A stretch of DNA of 64,000 nucleotides from Schizochytrium sp. TIO01 (taxonomy: Eukaryota; Protista; Bigyra: Labyrinthulomycetes): assembly GCA_004764695.1 (NCBI GenBank), contig SMSO01000005.1, forward strand, positions 558,001-622,000. The letters are read 5' to 3'. Made by a program: the position numbers and the translations under genes. The notes under the pieces are model-generated. The model was not told the DNA's origin. It made no database searches and saw only the letters and a list, made by a program, of their open reading frames with translations. Within the stretch, counting starts at the first letter, position 1. Each line of letters begins with the position of its first letter. Shown here piece after piece: positions 37,001-49,173 of the stretch.

Positions 37001-37097
37001 CTTTGCAGCCCGCGTATTGCACGGCCATGCCCACCACGGCAATGCGCTTCTCGTCGTGCATTTCGTGAGCAGCGCTCACATTCTTGCGAGAGGCCAT
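31014..37097 (-). CDS. PFA2: PUFA synthase subunit B (OrfB/PFA2): KS-CLF-AT-ER, 2027 aa
   Basis: N-terminus MASRKNVSAAHEMHDEKRIAVVGMAVQYAGC matches thraustochytrid OrfB. KS motifs DAACATA, HATGT and GFGGTNAH. The second KS-like (CLF) domain lacks the catalytic Cys (TEGNNS). AT motif GLSLG. C-terminal FabK/PfaD-like enoyl reductase (GAMAKGIAS, ADSGGHTD, DYQVWCGP). Confidence 0.98.
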   Translation of the reverse strand: MASRKNVSAAHEMHDEKRIAVVGMAVQYAGCKDKEEFWKVVMGGEAAWTKISDKRLGSNKRAEHFKAERSKFADTFCNENYGCVDDSVDNEHELLLKLSKKALSETSVSDSTRCGIVSGCLSFPMDNLQGELLNVYQNHVEKKLGARVFKDASKWSEREQSQNPEAGDRRIFMDPASFVAEELNLGPLHYSVDAACATALYVLRLAQDHLVSGAADVMLAGATCFPEPFFILSGFSTFQAMPVSGDGISYPLHKDSQGLTPGEGGAIMVLKRLDDAIRDGDHIYGTLLGATISNAGCGLPLKPHLPSEKSCLIDTYKRVNVHPHKIQYVECHATGTPQGDRVEIDAVKACFEGKVPRFGSSKGNFGHTLVAAGFAGMCKVLLAMKHGVIPPTPGVDGSSQMDPLVVSEPIPWPDTEGEPKRAGLSAFGFGGTNAHAVFEEFDRSKAACATHDSISSLSSRCGGEGNMRIAITGMDATFGSLKGLDAFERAIYNGQHGAVPLPEKRWRFLGKDKDFLDLCGVKEVPHGCYIEDVEVDFSRLRTPMTPDDMLRPMQLLAVTTIDRAILNSGLKKGGKVAVFVGLGTDLELYRHRARVALKERARPEAAAALNDMMSYINDCGTATSYTSYIGNLVATRVSSQWGFEGPSFTITEGNNSVYRCAELGKYLLETGEVEAVVIAGVDLCASAENLYVKSRRFKVSEQESPRASFDSGADGYFVGEGCGALVLKRESDCTKDERIYACMDAIVPGNMPAACMEEALAQARVNPKDVEMLELSADSARHLKNPSVLPKELTAEEEIRGIEAILSQRSSNEAVEPHNVAVSSVKSTVGDTGYASGAASLIKTALCLYNRYLPSNGASWEEPAPETQWGKSLYACQSSRAWLKNPGARRHAAVSGVSETRSCYTVLLSDVEGHHETKSRISLDDDAVKLLVIRGDSHDAITQRVDKLRERLAQPSANVRLAFMELLGESIAQETKTPLPAFALCLVTSPSKLQKELELASKGIPRSLKMGRDWTSPSGSHFAPKPLSSDRVAFMYGEGRSPYYGIGLDIHRIWPELHEFVNAKTNKLWDQGDRWLIPRASTKEELKAQEDEFSRNQVEMFRLGILMSMCFTHIARDVLGIQPKAAFGLSLGEISMVFAFSEKNGLVSEELTTKLRNSEVWRKALAVEFDALRKAWNIPQDTPVSEFWQGYVVRGTREAVEAAIGPNNKYVHLTIVNDANSALISGKPEDCKAAIARLSSNLPALPVDLGMCGHCPVVEPYGKQIAEIHSVLEIPEVAGLDLYTSVNQKKLVNKSTGASDEYAPSFGEYAAQLYTVQADFPKIAKTVSDKNFDVFVETGPNAHRSAAIRATLGNSKPFVTGSMDRQNENAWTTMVKLVASLQAHRVPGVKVSPLYHPETVEEATQSYNDMVAGKKPTKNKFLRKIVVNGRYDPKKQLVPPQVLAKLPPADPKIEALIQARKMQPIAPKFMERLDIQEQDATRDPILNKDNKPSAAPAPAPARSASGAVVASSEALRAKLLELNSTLMLGVNANGDLVEASPSEASIVVPKCDIKDLGSRAFMETYGVSAPMYTGAMAKGIASAEMVIAAGKRGILGSLGAGGLPIATVRKALEAIQAELPKGPYAVNLIHSPFDSNLEKGNVDLFLEKGVTVVEASAFMTLTPQLVRYRAAGLSRAADGSTVIKNRVIGKVSRTELAAMFIRPAPENLLEKLLKSGEITQEQAALARTVPVADDIAVEADSGGHTDNRPIHVILPLIVNLRDRLHKECGYPAHLRVRVGAGGGIGCPQAAIATFNMGAAFIVTGTVNQMSKQAGTCDTVRKQLSQATYSDICMAPAADMFEEGVKLQVLKKGTMFPSRANKLYELFVKYDSFESMAPGELERVEKRIFKKSLSEVWEETKDFYINRLQNPEKIERAERDPKLKMSLCFRWYLGLASFWANAGIPDRAMDYQVWCGPAIGSFNDFIKGTYLDPAVANEYPDVVQINLQILRGACFLRRLEAVRNAPLKANAKQVAAEIDDIYVPTERL

Positions 37098-37310
37098 CTT
37101 TTTGCTTTCTTGTTGCTGCTTACTGTAAACAAAAAAAGAGCTTGCGTGTCACCTGACCGGCACTTTTAGATCGATCAAAAAGCGGTCGTGTAGATGGTTT
37201 GCTTTGGAGGAGATGTATAAATGATGTGATTGATTACCTTGAGCAAGTGATTACAGGGATGCCAGAGCAATCAAATAATCAATCAGTTAATCAACGCCGT
37301 AATAAAGGCT

Positions 37311-37342
<32 letters not shown>

Positions 37343-38859
37343 GCCAACTAGCTAGCCGAAGCTGCGATGGACTGGCGTTTGGACAGCGCGAAGCTGTAGG
37401 AATTGGCGCCGCACGAGCTGCGAGGCTGCCAAGCTAGAGGCTGTCTGCCTTTGTCTCACTCCTTTTCCGAGGAAGGAGAGAGAGAGAGAGAGAGAGAGTG
37501 GGGGGATGAAAGTTTGGATGCACGATGCGTGCTTTGTGGTTTGTTTCCTTGTTTCTTTCTTTGCTTGTTTTTTCTCTCTTTTTCTTTGTTATTTTGTCTC
37601 TCTTGAAGCAAATAGAAAGAACCTCGAACTAGACGCTCCAAAGGGTCTTCAAGAGGTCTCGAAGGCTAGGCTGGCAAAAGCGCGCACGCTGGTCAAGCAA
37701 GCAAGCAAAGCAAGCAAAGCAAGCAGGCAAGCAAGCAAGCAAAGCAAGCAAGGGGTGGATTCCACGAATGCGAGAAGTCAAAACTCTGCTTCAAACAGAG
37801 AACAAATGGGCAAACGAATGAGGATAAATGAGCAACTAAGTGAAGTTTACATTTTCAAAACTCAACAAAACGATTACCCAATCAACTATGAGACGCGCAG
37901 ACGTCTGCGGCAGCATCTCTTTTATGATTTTCAAAAACAAAAACAAAAACAAAAACAAAATAATTTGCAACAAATTAATGAAAAGCGAAACAACAAACAG
38001 AAACATTGTTTAAACTAAAAAGTCATTTTTATTGAAAATCTGTTCTTTTCATCTGTACGTATGTATGTTTGTATGTACACACTTTGCTTCATCGGTTTAT
38101 TCGAGTGCTCTTCATTCTTGAAATTGCCTTAGTTCTTGCTGTTATAACTGTCAAACAAACTTCGCGACCTTGACAAGCAGCTCCACCTCACCTTCGGGCC
38201 TGCTCGTTTGCCTTTCTCGCTTTTTTCGCGATCTTCTGCCATCCTTGCCTACTCTGTCCTTATCTCATCAGGCTGCTGCGGCCTCTTGACCTAGCAGTTC
38301 AAGTATAATTAATTTGAAAAGAAACAAAAAAACACTGCCACTTAGTATGCAGATGGCACTCTCTCAGTGTTGCAAAAGTAGAGTGAAATTCTGGTTTACA
38401 AAAAACATTTATTTAATAAACAAATAAAATAAATATAAATTCATGTTATGTTAGATCATTTTATTTTGTTTTCTGAGGGCGCGATAAACGCTTACTTGAG
38501 AACCAAGAAAAGCAAGAAAAGCAAAGGTGCGAAAGAAGCAAACACATTGATTTCCCTAGTTCCCACCACTTCTTTCTTGCTTTGTTTGTATATTTGTTTG
38601 TTTGTTTCTTTCTTGCTTTGTTTTGTTTGTTTTGTTTGTTTTGTTTGTTTTGTTTGTTTGTCTGTTAGTCTGTTTATCTGTTTGTTAGTTTGTTAGTTAC
38701 TAATATTGCGATAGACTGCTAATTGAATACGCAGAAAGCACAGCTAAAAAGAAGAAGAAGAAGAGGAGGAATTCCGAATCAGGCGAGAAAGTCTCGAAAG
38801 CAGTGCACCAAAATCCTCATTTGGAATCAAAGCCCTCCTTCCCAGCGACTACGGAGGCC

Positions 38860-38864
38860 CACGA

Positions 38865-38896
<32 letters not shown>

Positions 38897-39270
38897 CCCG
38901 CCCGCCCATCCTCCTCTCTCTCCGCCTGCTCCTCGTCTTCTCCCTCCCTCCCTCCCTCCCTCCCTCCCTCCCTCCCTCCCTCCCTCCCTCCCTCCCTCGC
39001 GCACGCCGCTCCGAATGGAATGACATGACTGACGCAAGCGCGCAATGGCCGCCGTGCGATGGCTCGAAGCAGCATCGCATTGCATTGCATTGCATTGCAT
39101 TGGCATTATTCATTCATTCATTCATTCATTCATTCATTCATTAATTTATTCATTTTTATTCATTCATTAATTTATTCATTTTCATTCATTCATTAATTTA
39201 TTCATTTTAACTCATTCATTAATTTATTCATTAATTTATTCATTAATTTATTCATTAATTTATTCATTCA
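38860..39270. repeat. Microsatellite cluster: (CGACGACGC)n, (TCCC)n, (GCATT)n, (ATTC)n and (ATTCATTAATTT)n
   Basis: Successive simple repeats read directly from the sequence. Confidence 0.9.
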
Positions 39271-42200
39271 TACTCCCGAGCGCTACCCGGCGCTAGGTGG
39301 GTGCTAGGCGTGGATGGAGCGGACCTCTCTGCCAGCAGAAAGAGGAATGAATCTATCTGGATACTGCGCGCAGCTTCTTGCTTGCTTTGCTTCAACTTGC
39401 TTGCAAACAGCCAGGAGGCCGAACGGCTTCGACCGCTCAGCGTGTTCGCCAGCACAGAACCACCTCCGCCCTCGCAGTCGCCGGATGGGTGAACGAGCGA
39501 ATGCGAATCCTCCTCCGATCTTGAACCTCGAACCTTCAATCAACTTGCCTTAGTTTTACTTTCATGACTCTCACTATTTTAAATATACATGTATGTATGT
39601 ATGTATGTATGAATGCACCTCATCTGATAGGGACCTGCGGGGGACTGATACCACCTGTCTGAACCAATTTGCGAGACCGCGAGACTGAGTGGCAGGTAGT
39701 AGCTAGCTAGGTAGCTGCCTAAGAGTCTATCGGCATGCATGAATCAAAAACTATCATGTCAATGTTCCTTTGAGGCTTCGAAGTCCGTCATTTGTCACGA
39801 AAGGTTTTGGGTGAACGATCCACTGTTTCGAGAGAGATGGTGTGAATGTATAGGTGATAGTTGCCGAGCTGGCCAGCCGTCCCAAGCAGTGCCGGCACTC
39901 ACCCGGCTGAAGCTTCTTACATGGTCTCCGTTCATAATCGTCCAAATTGATCCTGATTCGTGATTCATGATTCATGATGACACGAGTTGGAGTTGGACGA
40001 TAAGTCAGCGCTCGCTCAACCAAACTACCTCCGCTCGCCTAGCTGCTGTTAGGTAGTGCTACTGAGGCAGGACCCAACTTGAAGCTACCTACTGCCTAGG
40101 TATTCCTACGCTATTTCGCTGATTTGCAATCTCTTCGTTACCAAGAGATAAAATTACCGAGTTATGACATTGCGTATGCAGACTACATAATAAAGATTGT
40201 GTCATTTATTTATAAGTGGAAAGGTGTAAGATCAAGAACTAAGCACTAGGTAGCAATTAGGCGTTATTTGTTAGCGCGTGGAAGAAAATGCCTCTGGACA
40301 GATAGCTATTAATAGCTATTAATAGCCGGTGTTGTATTTACAACCTTCTGAAAGAATTTCTCTATAGAGGAAAGTAAAGAAACATCTTATTCTGTGAAAA
40401 GAGATAAACAACTTTCTAGAAAATGGATAACAGAGCAAAGAAGGTCGATCGTCTTCAACCGCAGATCTGGGAATGCTAAGGTTGGCGCCAGGCTTACATT
40501 ATGCGTCATGCTGACCAAAGGGCGTAAAGTGCCGATGGGGCATCCGATATATGCGCGTTCAAGGTGAGGAATTCAAGATCATCAGGTTTGTTTGAATTTC
40601 GAGGTTGAAAACACAGAGTTTTGACAATCGATCAATCAATCAATCAATCAATCAGTTAAAAACCAATTGAAAACCAAATGACTGAGTGAATGACTGAATG
40701 ACTGAATCAATTTAAACTAAATGAATAAATGAATTTAAAACCAAATGAATGAGTCCTTAGCAATTTCAAGTTCTGCAGTGAATTCTACAAATCTACGACG
40801 AAAGTAGTGAGATTGTATCAACGTGTATAGACAGACAATGATGCTGCGGATACCGAAGTGCTTGCGTGGAGGGACTACGATGCAGATCCCGAGTTTTAGG
40901 TCCTAGGTCCTCCGTTCTCTGGTAAAAAAGAAAGCCTCTCCTTCTTGACGCCATTCAGCGACGTGGAACAAGCGAGACAGAGGCACAAGTTTTGGAGTCA
41001 TTGAGTCGGGTCTGCTCTGCTTTGAGGATGAACCAACGACCTTCGGAGCCTTGCAGATAGATGGTCCATTCTTCAAACGACACAGAGATCGTCGTCTCGC
41101 GTAAGTTGGCAGTGGGTCTAGAGCTAGCTAAAAACATCTGACAGAGAGCACATACAGAGCTAAAGAGGAGTGTACTCGGCAAAATAGCGTGGACGGATGA
41201 CATCATCAATCGCTCAGCTTTTTCGTTTCTTACCAAAAAATTGACAAACCAGAGAAATAAATAGATTGATTCAACAAATTAAATTAAAACAATAAATTAA
41301 AAAAGATCTCTTAAAGAAGTTTTCTGAAAGAAACCAAAAACAATAAACTCTGCCACAAGAACTTGAGGCCAGAAGGGATGAAGAAGGTACGTACGTATCT
41401 AGATGGTGACTGGGGACACAAAGAAGCAAGGTCTGAATTCTCAGAAGCCAGCTGCAGCCAGCCAGCTACTAGGAGTGTCTGCCAGCTCCGTCGTCATGCC
41501 ACGAGTGTCCCTGCCAACGCTTCAAGCGTACTTGCAACTTTTATTTGATTACTACATTACTACATTATAACTTCATCTATAGCTTTAAAAAGGAAATAAA
41601 GGAAATAATAAAATAAATCAAATAATGGTAAAAAGTTATAAATAATCAACGACTAAAAAGGAATTTTATTCGAAGGTCCTCGGCAGGAAATAAGTGGAAT
41701 CAAAGAGAAGGCGGGAACGGTAGGGACCATACATGATAGTCCCAAACTGAGGAACTACGAATTGCGGGGCTAAGCAAATTCATAGGATCCCAGTTAGGGA
41801 CAGACCCTCGAGGTCCGAGTTGGTATCCTGGGCCAAAGCTTGCGCAAGGGTGCTCTAGAGCTACAACTCAATACCAGTAGTTGCATGGCCATCTCTGATA
41901 GCTTTCTTCATGAATATGGGATGAGCTTAGAGACAAGTAGCAGACACTCCGTGACCTACGAGCTATATTTGCTGTCGCAGAGCGTCTCCTCAAAATAATT
42001 CATCGAAGAAAGACGGATTGAAAGTTTTGCCTTATTTGAACAAAGTTAATATTTTAACTCTCGGTAGTTAAACCATGATAGCTCATTTATAGTGTAGGCT
42101 GACACAGAAGCGTAAGGGCTTAGACGTCATGATGATGCGTGATGAAATAAATCAAGGATTCTCGAACGTTGACACGCGCAATGGAGCGTGCCAATGTCAA

Positions 42201-44089
42201 AAGGGTATTGCTGTATCATCAACGTAGGTAGGTAGTCAAACGGGCTACAGCTCTGTCCTATTCACTCACTAAGACAAAATGTTTTCTCTCAAACGGCCAG
42301 CTCGAAAGTAATATTGGGAGCAAGAATGAAAATCATTCCTCCAGTACACTTGCAGTGAGATCAAGTTTCAAGACCATCAAACGATACGATACAGGAGGTA
42401 CTATCTTGGCTGAAGTCAGTAGCAGCAGCATTGCGAGCCTGGTAGATATAAATTGATAAAAAGACAAGAGGTATATCATATTTCAGAGTAGAGTACATAC
42501 TGAGCTGGAAACATAAAACTTGTGCACGCAATCGACGGTTCAACTTTTCTCAAGACGCTTCCAGTCGTTTCTCAATTAGCTCAGCTGGTAGCAAAAGTGA
42601 TATGCGCATCAGACTTTCGTAAACGTAAAACTCGGCATCTGTAGATGTTGAGTCATTGTTTTCTTCAATAATTTACTTCTCGCAGCAGTGCACTTGGAAA
42701 GGTTTGTCAAGTTTGACCCAGCTAATGAAACACAACATCATCAGGCGGGGCTCGAAAAGTAGATCTGAAAGTCTATAAAGAATGAAAGTTACTCTCACAC
42801 AGAAAGCAATTTGTACAAACATAAGAGAGAATTGGCGTCTATGCTGCAAGAGAAAATTCGACGGTCTTATGCATCATAGTCGTCTACACTGCTGTGCATG
42901 GGCAATTTATAATATCATGTCTGATCACGGTTTCTGAGAACATTTAAACGAAATAAGTCAAAACGAATGCGCTCTGTCGCGATTATAGTTTTGTTCTGAC
43001 AGTAACTCCTAACCAAAGGGCCAAATAAGGACGAGAGAATAATATAGATTGCTCTCTCACTTCGGACCCAGGAATCCCGAATTTAGATAATTTCAATGTA
43101 CTCACGTAACACTGACAAGCTATGCGGCGTCAATAACTCCTCCACGTTGGGAGAATCTCGAAACAACGCAACGAGTTATTTTATCCTGATTAATAATCTA
43201 GCTTGAACCGTTTGTTGTAACTAGAACCCAAGCTGCAAAGAGCTACAACCAAGGTTTGATTTCGTTCCAAGCAAACATGAAACTCTCAAACTTCGTCGAT
43301 TTTTAATAATGTTTGTCAAAAACCTAGTACAGCGGTCCTAGGTACCGATTTGAGAAGCAGGCAACCCCTTATAAATAAAAGAAAAGAGTCTTTATTATTT
43401 TATAAATAGAAAAAACTTTAATTGGGACAATATTCTTTATGTGTTCTCTGTCTTCTTCCTTCATGTATGACGTAATGATCATGCTCCTTTCATCTCCTTC
43501 CTTCCAAAAAGTTCATTTTTCCTACTAGGTCTTTTTCAAAATTAAAAATATAATGAAGTAAGAAAGAAAGAAGGAAAGAAAGAAAAACCTGGGTACTAAT
43601 CAGTGTGATATGAGGTGAATGGTGGTTTTGTTTTACTTCTCGGAAGTGTCGAGTCCTATAAGTAGCACTATACCTATCCTAGACGCTTTTGGTACCAAGC
43701 CCCGCGCGGCAGGCATACGTCAGCAAGCTACGATAGCAGTACACGCTACTCAGAAAGGCCTAGTGAGGCAGGCGAGCAGGAAGTAGCGCTCTTGCGTCAT
43801 GCTTATGATGGCATCAGCCACGCGAGAACCTCATTCGAATAGTCCTTTTGCAATTCATTCACGCATGCATTGATGCCTGCTACAGAGTAGCTAGTGAGAG
43901 AGTATGATACTTAGTTAGCGCTACTTATGCGTTGTCACCTATGCAATAGCATTCATTGGATAGAAGGAATCAGATTCACCGCTGACTCTCGCTGAGAGTA
44001 AGGGCCATACGCAGTGCTCCTGAGTTGTTTCATTAAACGGACTTCAAGCTGAGTTCTCGCTAGGCACCTGGTAGCTGCGGCTAGAGGGC

Positions 44090-44134
44090 ACCTACCTACC
44101 TACCTACCTACCTACCTACCTACCTACCTACCTA
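44090..44134. repeat. (ACCT)n microsatellite
   Basis: About 11 perfect units. Confidence 0.92.
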
Positions 44135-45835
44135 CTGATAGCTAACTTTCGAATGAGGAAAGATTGGAGATTGAATAGAAAGAAGGTGATACATACTGTC
44201 AGCCATATCGAAACTCCGAAGTGGCACGCGGATGGCGTCAGCAAACTGCCGTAGCAAGTGAATAACGCACATCTCGATTGGGACGTCCATGAAAACAAAA
44301 AACAAAAAAGCAAAAAAAAGTTGCAATCGATCATGAATCGTGCTGATTCATGGGTTGCTTGCTTAGTTGTTATGCTGGAGGGTGTCGAGACTTGGATCTG
44401 GTGAGCAGTGCGCTCTCCACTCAAGTTGGACCCTTTGGTATCAGGGGAGTGCGAGTGGGCACACTACCATAGTATCCTAAATTACCTCTACGTTTTGATT
44501 GCCTTTGATCACAGCAGATAATTTTCAATTTAAATAAAAATCATAAAAAGAATAATAATAATAATAAGAAGAAGAAGAAAGAAAGTGAAGGTGGCGTTTC
44601 TGATGTCATCATTTTCGCAGTGCTTCCCAGCGAAGATTTACTGTGAACTACTACGCATGTGAGTATGGCAAGCACTGGGTAAGTAGGTACCTACCACTAC
44701 CATGTTGTAAAACAAAACAAGAAATATGTTAGCTAGAACAGAGCGAATCCGGTGTGAGTGGGAGTCATCATCAGATATTGAAAGTTGTCCTCTCAATTAA
44801 TATAAATATTTCTAACTAAAGCAATTAAACATATATTTATTAATTTAATTATAAATTAAATAAATATGCTGGGTGGGTCCGAGTCATTCTGACTATCATC
44901 TATGATGTTTATTAATAAAATATTGAAAGCAGTCAAGGTTATTTGGAATTACGGGATGATCGTGATCTGTGCATCATTCTGCATCATTGTGGATGCTGGC
45001 CTACGAAACTACGACGGCATTGCAGTTGCCACCTGGCGGTGCGGTCGCGTGCACTCCTGCAATTGCGAGTGTCTTCCGCCGGCTTCAAGTTGAGGTGCTG
45101 CGACAGTGCGGGCCCAGAGCTCCTGACATTTCGTGGATGACCGACTGACTCAGACAGAGGTCTCTCAAGCTTAGAAAGTGCGCTGCAAAAAAGGGCGCTA
45201 GCTAGATAAGATACGAGTGAGTGAGTGAGTGAGTGAGTGAGTGAGTGAGGTTCTAGCTAGTGCTCCTCCCAAATCTTGGAGTGCCGATGCTCGAGAATAC
45301 ATACATACTTCAAGACACGAAGAACTTGAACCCGAAGACGAATGCCGTCTTCGACGTCATCTTTGCCGTCGTCATGGCCCACTGCAGCAACGATCCAGTG
45401 CGTGCGAGCAGCAGGGCCAGCCCACGATCACGCAGCTCGTCGGGCTGGACTTGGCTCAATGAATGAATGAATGAATCAATCAATGAAAGAATGACTCAAT
45501 GAATCAATGAATCAGCAAGTTGCCACCAAAGCCCATCGCAACGACGGGTCCTGCCTGCGTGCGCCATTCTTAGGATCCAGAGCAAGCAAGATCTCCTTCA
45601 CCTATCGCTCAGCAAGCGAGAACGCAACCTCCCTCTGCATCATGATGCAGGATAAGTAAGATAAATCCATCTTGGACCTCGAGCTCAAATCGACGCTTGC
45701 TGCATCTATCTATCTATGTATCTATCTTTCTATATATCTATCTTTGTATCTATGTGTCTATCTATCTCTCTGCGTGCCTCGTCGTGTTTTTGAAAAGGAG
45801 TTTCGATCGTGGCCCAATCGGAAGAGAAGGTCCCT

Positions 45836-45878
<43 letters not shown>

Positions 45879-46909
45879 GCACAGACCAATGAGCCTTGCG
45901 GCAACACAGGTTCAACTTCATTGCAGGATCCAATCCATCCAAGGCATCGCTTGGGCTCTCAGTGAATGAATTCGTTGGCAGGCAGACAAGGCCTGGACAA
46001 CATAAAGCAAGGGGGCCAGAAGGCAAGATGGCAAGGAGGCAGAGCAGGCACCAGCGACTGCGATGCTGGCGAGAGAAGATCAAGGCAAAGCAGAGGCTGC
46101 AAGCAAGCTCTGCAGTAGCCACCTCCTCAGCAGATTCGTCAAGATCGGGCAAACTTCGTCTGTGGCTGCCTCGCCAGAGCAGAGCATGCCTGCTTCATGA
46201 TCCATGCTCAAGAAAGAAAGACAGACAAGACAGACAAGACAGATAGATGGATGACAGCGAACTTACATTTGCAGACTTCGAAGGTGCCTGACGGGTATTG
46301 GTGCCACTAAGAGGAGAAGGAGCACTTGCTTCCAGATCGCTCACGCCGCTCACATCACCTTGCTACGTCTTCAATACGCCTGGTCCGGTTCGCAAGAGCC
46401 GCGCGCCGGCGATTGGGCGAAAGGCGGAGGAGTCGAGGTACGCGTTATTAGCAGAATGTAGGAACACCGCGACGCGGCCGACGACGCTGGTGAGGAGGAA
46501 GAAAGACCTGGCGCCTGTACGTACGTACCTACGTTCTAGCAGTAGCTTGAAGTGGACTGTGGGTCCCCTCCATCTTCTTCAAGACCTTCAAGTTGCTTGC
46601 TGACGGCATCGCTGTTTGTTTGTGGCTGTTATAGCTAGCTAGCTATAGCTGTGTCCTAGCTGCACAGGGAGCACTCAGCCTCTTTCCTAGTTTCTTTGGT
46701 TCTGTGCTTGTTTTTCTAGCGAGTCGTGCAAATAACCTGCGGCAGCCACGAGAAGTCTGCGTTGAGGCGGTCTTGCGCCAGTGCGGCAGTTGCCATCACT
46801 CGTGCAGACAGAGTTGAGTTGCTTCTCAATCGTTACCAATCACTCCTAGACATAGATTTTCCTTCTCTGGACCATCTACTAAAATGATCAAGTTAGATAG
46901 GTAGATAGG

Positions 46910-46944
<35 letters not shown>

Positions 46945-47631
46945 GGAGATACTAGGCACCTTCTATGCCGGCACGTCTCGAACAAAGCGAAGAAAGAGCT
47001 GTGGGCAAGAGCACTCATTTTGATCGTAGATGATCATAGACGCGCTGTAGAGGAGAGCTCTTAGTGGCGGCTACTGTGATGGACTATGAGAGGGGACTTA
47101 GCAAGACCTGTCTCGGTCGCACGTAGCTGTGGGGAGCGAGAACCCGCAGAGGACTGATTCTGATTAGTGCGGATACCTTGGTCGAGGAAGAGCAGGAACC
47201 CGCAGGGAACCCGTATGTGCGGAGAGCAGCGACGTTGGCACCCGACGACGCTAGGGCAAAGACGCAGCATGCGTGCGAGGTGCCTATAAGCTGCGCAATT
47301 CAGAGAATTAAGACAGCAGCGCTGGGAAGGAAGGAGGAGATTTGAAGGCTCGGCGGGAGCTGTCGAGATGGAGGCAGGCAAGCAAGCAAGCAAGCAAACG
47401 AAAGAGGCGGCCAGGGCTCGCGTCGAAGCCGCTGATGGACGAGAGAATCGCACGAAGAAGAATACGGAGTGTTTGTTTTCAAAGCCAAAGAAAGCCAAAG
47501 CCAAAGCCAATTCGTTCGTTCGTGAGTTAACTCATTATTTAATTTAATTGACATCTTCATTTACTACTGTTGTTATCTATTTATTTAATTAATTATTTAT
47601 TTATTTATTATTTATATATTTTTTTAATTAA

Positions 47632-47925
47632 AAAAATTCAAAATTCAAAATTCAAAATTCACGAATAAGTTGCACTTGAAGGAGATGAAGCAAAGCTTTG
47701 TTTCTTCTAAAAAGAGTATAAATAATACAAAGTGATGACGGAAAGAAGCATCATTCTGATGGTAAGCACTTCGGCAAGATGCACGCACTAGCACTTGTCG
47801 CCTTGCTTGCGATCCGCGGAGGTTATAGTGGAGGCGAAAGAAGGAGTTCATTCCTGTTATTTCGCGCTGGGGTTACAGCAGTGCCAAGATTTCGAATATT
47901 TGAATTTTGAATTTTTGAATTTTTG
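47632..47925. repeat. Imperfect ~34-bp inverted repeat built from AAAATTC heptamers enclosing ~225 bp (possible MITE/foldback relic)
   Basis: Left arm aaaaattcaaaattcaaaattcaaaattcacgaa. The reverse complement of the right arm is aaaaattcaaaaattcaaaattcaaatattcgaa. No clear target-site duplication. Confidence 0.45.
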
Positions 47926-48795
47926 GATCTTCGTTCCCCTTCTTCCTGAACTGTTCAAACGACTCGGAGGTTGTCGATCGGATCACTCAATCTCTCAATC
48001 TCTCACTCACTCACTCACTTTCTCAGCTGCCTGATCCTTCGCAATGCTCGCGAAGCGCGAGGGATATGCGTGGGCGAGCACGCACCATCTTCTCTCCACG
48101 TGTAAAGAAGAGCAGAGCCAGAGGCAGGTAGGTATCTCCACCCATCTCAGGCTGTGACTTCTTTGTTTCTTTCTTTGTTTCTTTGTTTCTTTCTTTCTTT
48201 GCTTGTTTTCTGTTCTCTCTCTGTGCTCTGTCCACACGAGAAAGAGAAAGAGAAGGAGAAAGAGAAAGAACCACGGGTTTATAGGGCGCACTCGTCCTTC
48301 CTGCTTCAGCAGAAAGCACTGCGTAGGAGAACTACGGGGGAGGAGGAAGCACGCACGGAGGAGGCGTGGAAGGAAGGAGGAGACAGAGAGAGAGAGACAC
48401 AGAGGGACAGAGGGGGAGAGGCAGAGGGAGAGGCATCTGATGTTTGCGAGAAACCAATAAGTTTTGAAAGTGATTTGATTTGGATGATTGACTGATCTAT
48501 GGCCTGAAAGAAAGCTTTCTTTTAAAGCGGAGGGAGATAGATGACGAGGGCAGCTGCGATGGCGTACGGCGCATCCGTCTCTCTCTGTGTCTCTCTCTCT
48601 TTCTCTCTCGTCAGGGCGTGGAGACTTCGGAAGCTGCACGCGGCGCGGCGAGGAGGCAGGGCAGCAGAGGGAGAGGAGAGATCCCAGAGTCGAAGAGCAT
48701 TGATTGATTGCAGATGATCTTGGGCAACGCGCGTCAGCTTGAGCGAGGAATGCTTTGGACTTCAGGTTCTTCGCTTCTGTGTTTCATTCTTTCTC

Positions 48796-48912
48796 GAAGA
48801 AAGAAAGAATGAAAGAAAGAGAGAAAGAAAGAACGAATGAAAGAAAGAAAGAGAGAAAGAATGAAAGAAAGAGAGAAAGAATGAAAGAAAGAGAGAAAGA
48901 ATGAAAGAGAGA
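48796..48912. repeat. GAAA/GAGA/GAAT purine-rich compound repeat
   Basis: Repeated gaatgaaagaaagagagaaa units. Confidence 0.85.
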
Positions 48913-49137
48913 AAGCGCATTCGCAGTTCTTCTTCGTGAAAGAAAAGGAAAAGAGAGGCGATGGTAGGCACTGATCTCATCATTTCTGGTTTCTCTGTTG
49001 TGCCTGTACTCTGTGCTTGTGGCCTTGCGAAGGCTGAAGACGCCATGCAGACAACCACGCCTCCGCAGAGACTTTGCGGGAAAGCACAGGGCCTCTCGCC
49101 ACTCTCGAAGAAACGAGCTCGCTCCGGGGCTCTTCAG

Positions 49138-49173
<36 letters not shown>

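Noticed and set aside
31008-37169. Multiple 130-470 aa plus-strand ORFs overlapping PFA2
   Set aside because: Antisense shadows of a highly biased GC3 coding sequence.
42574-42640. tRNA-like A-box TAGCTCAGCTGGTAG
   Set aside because: No anticodon arm, T-loop (GTTCGA) or acceptor stem follows.
45140-45500. TGACTCA sites in the PFA spacer as evidence for bZIP control
   Set aside because: About 8 such 7-mers are expected by chance in 64 kb, and the few in the spacer are not enriched.
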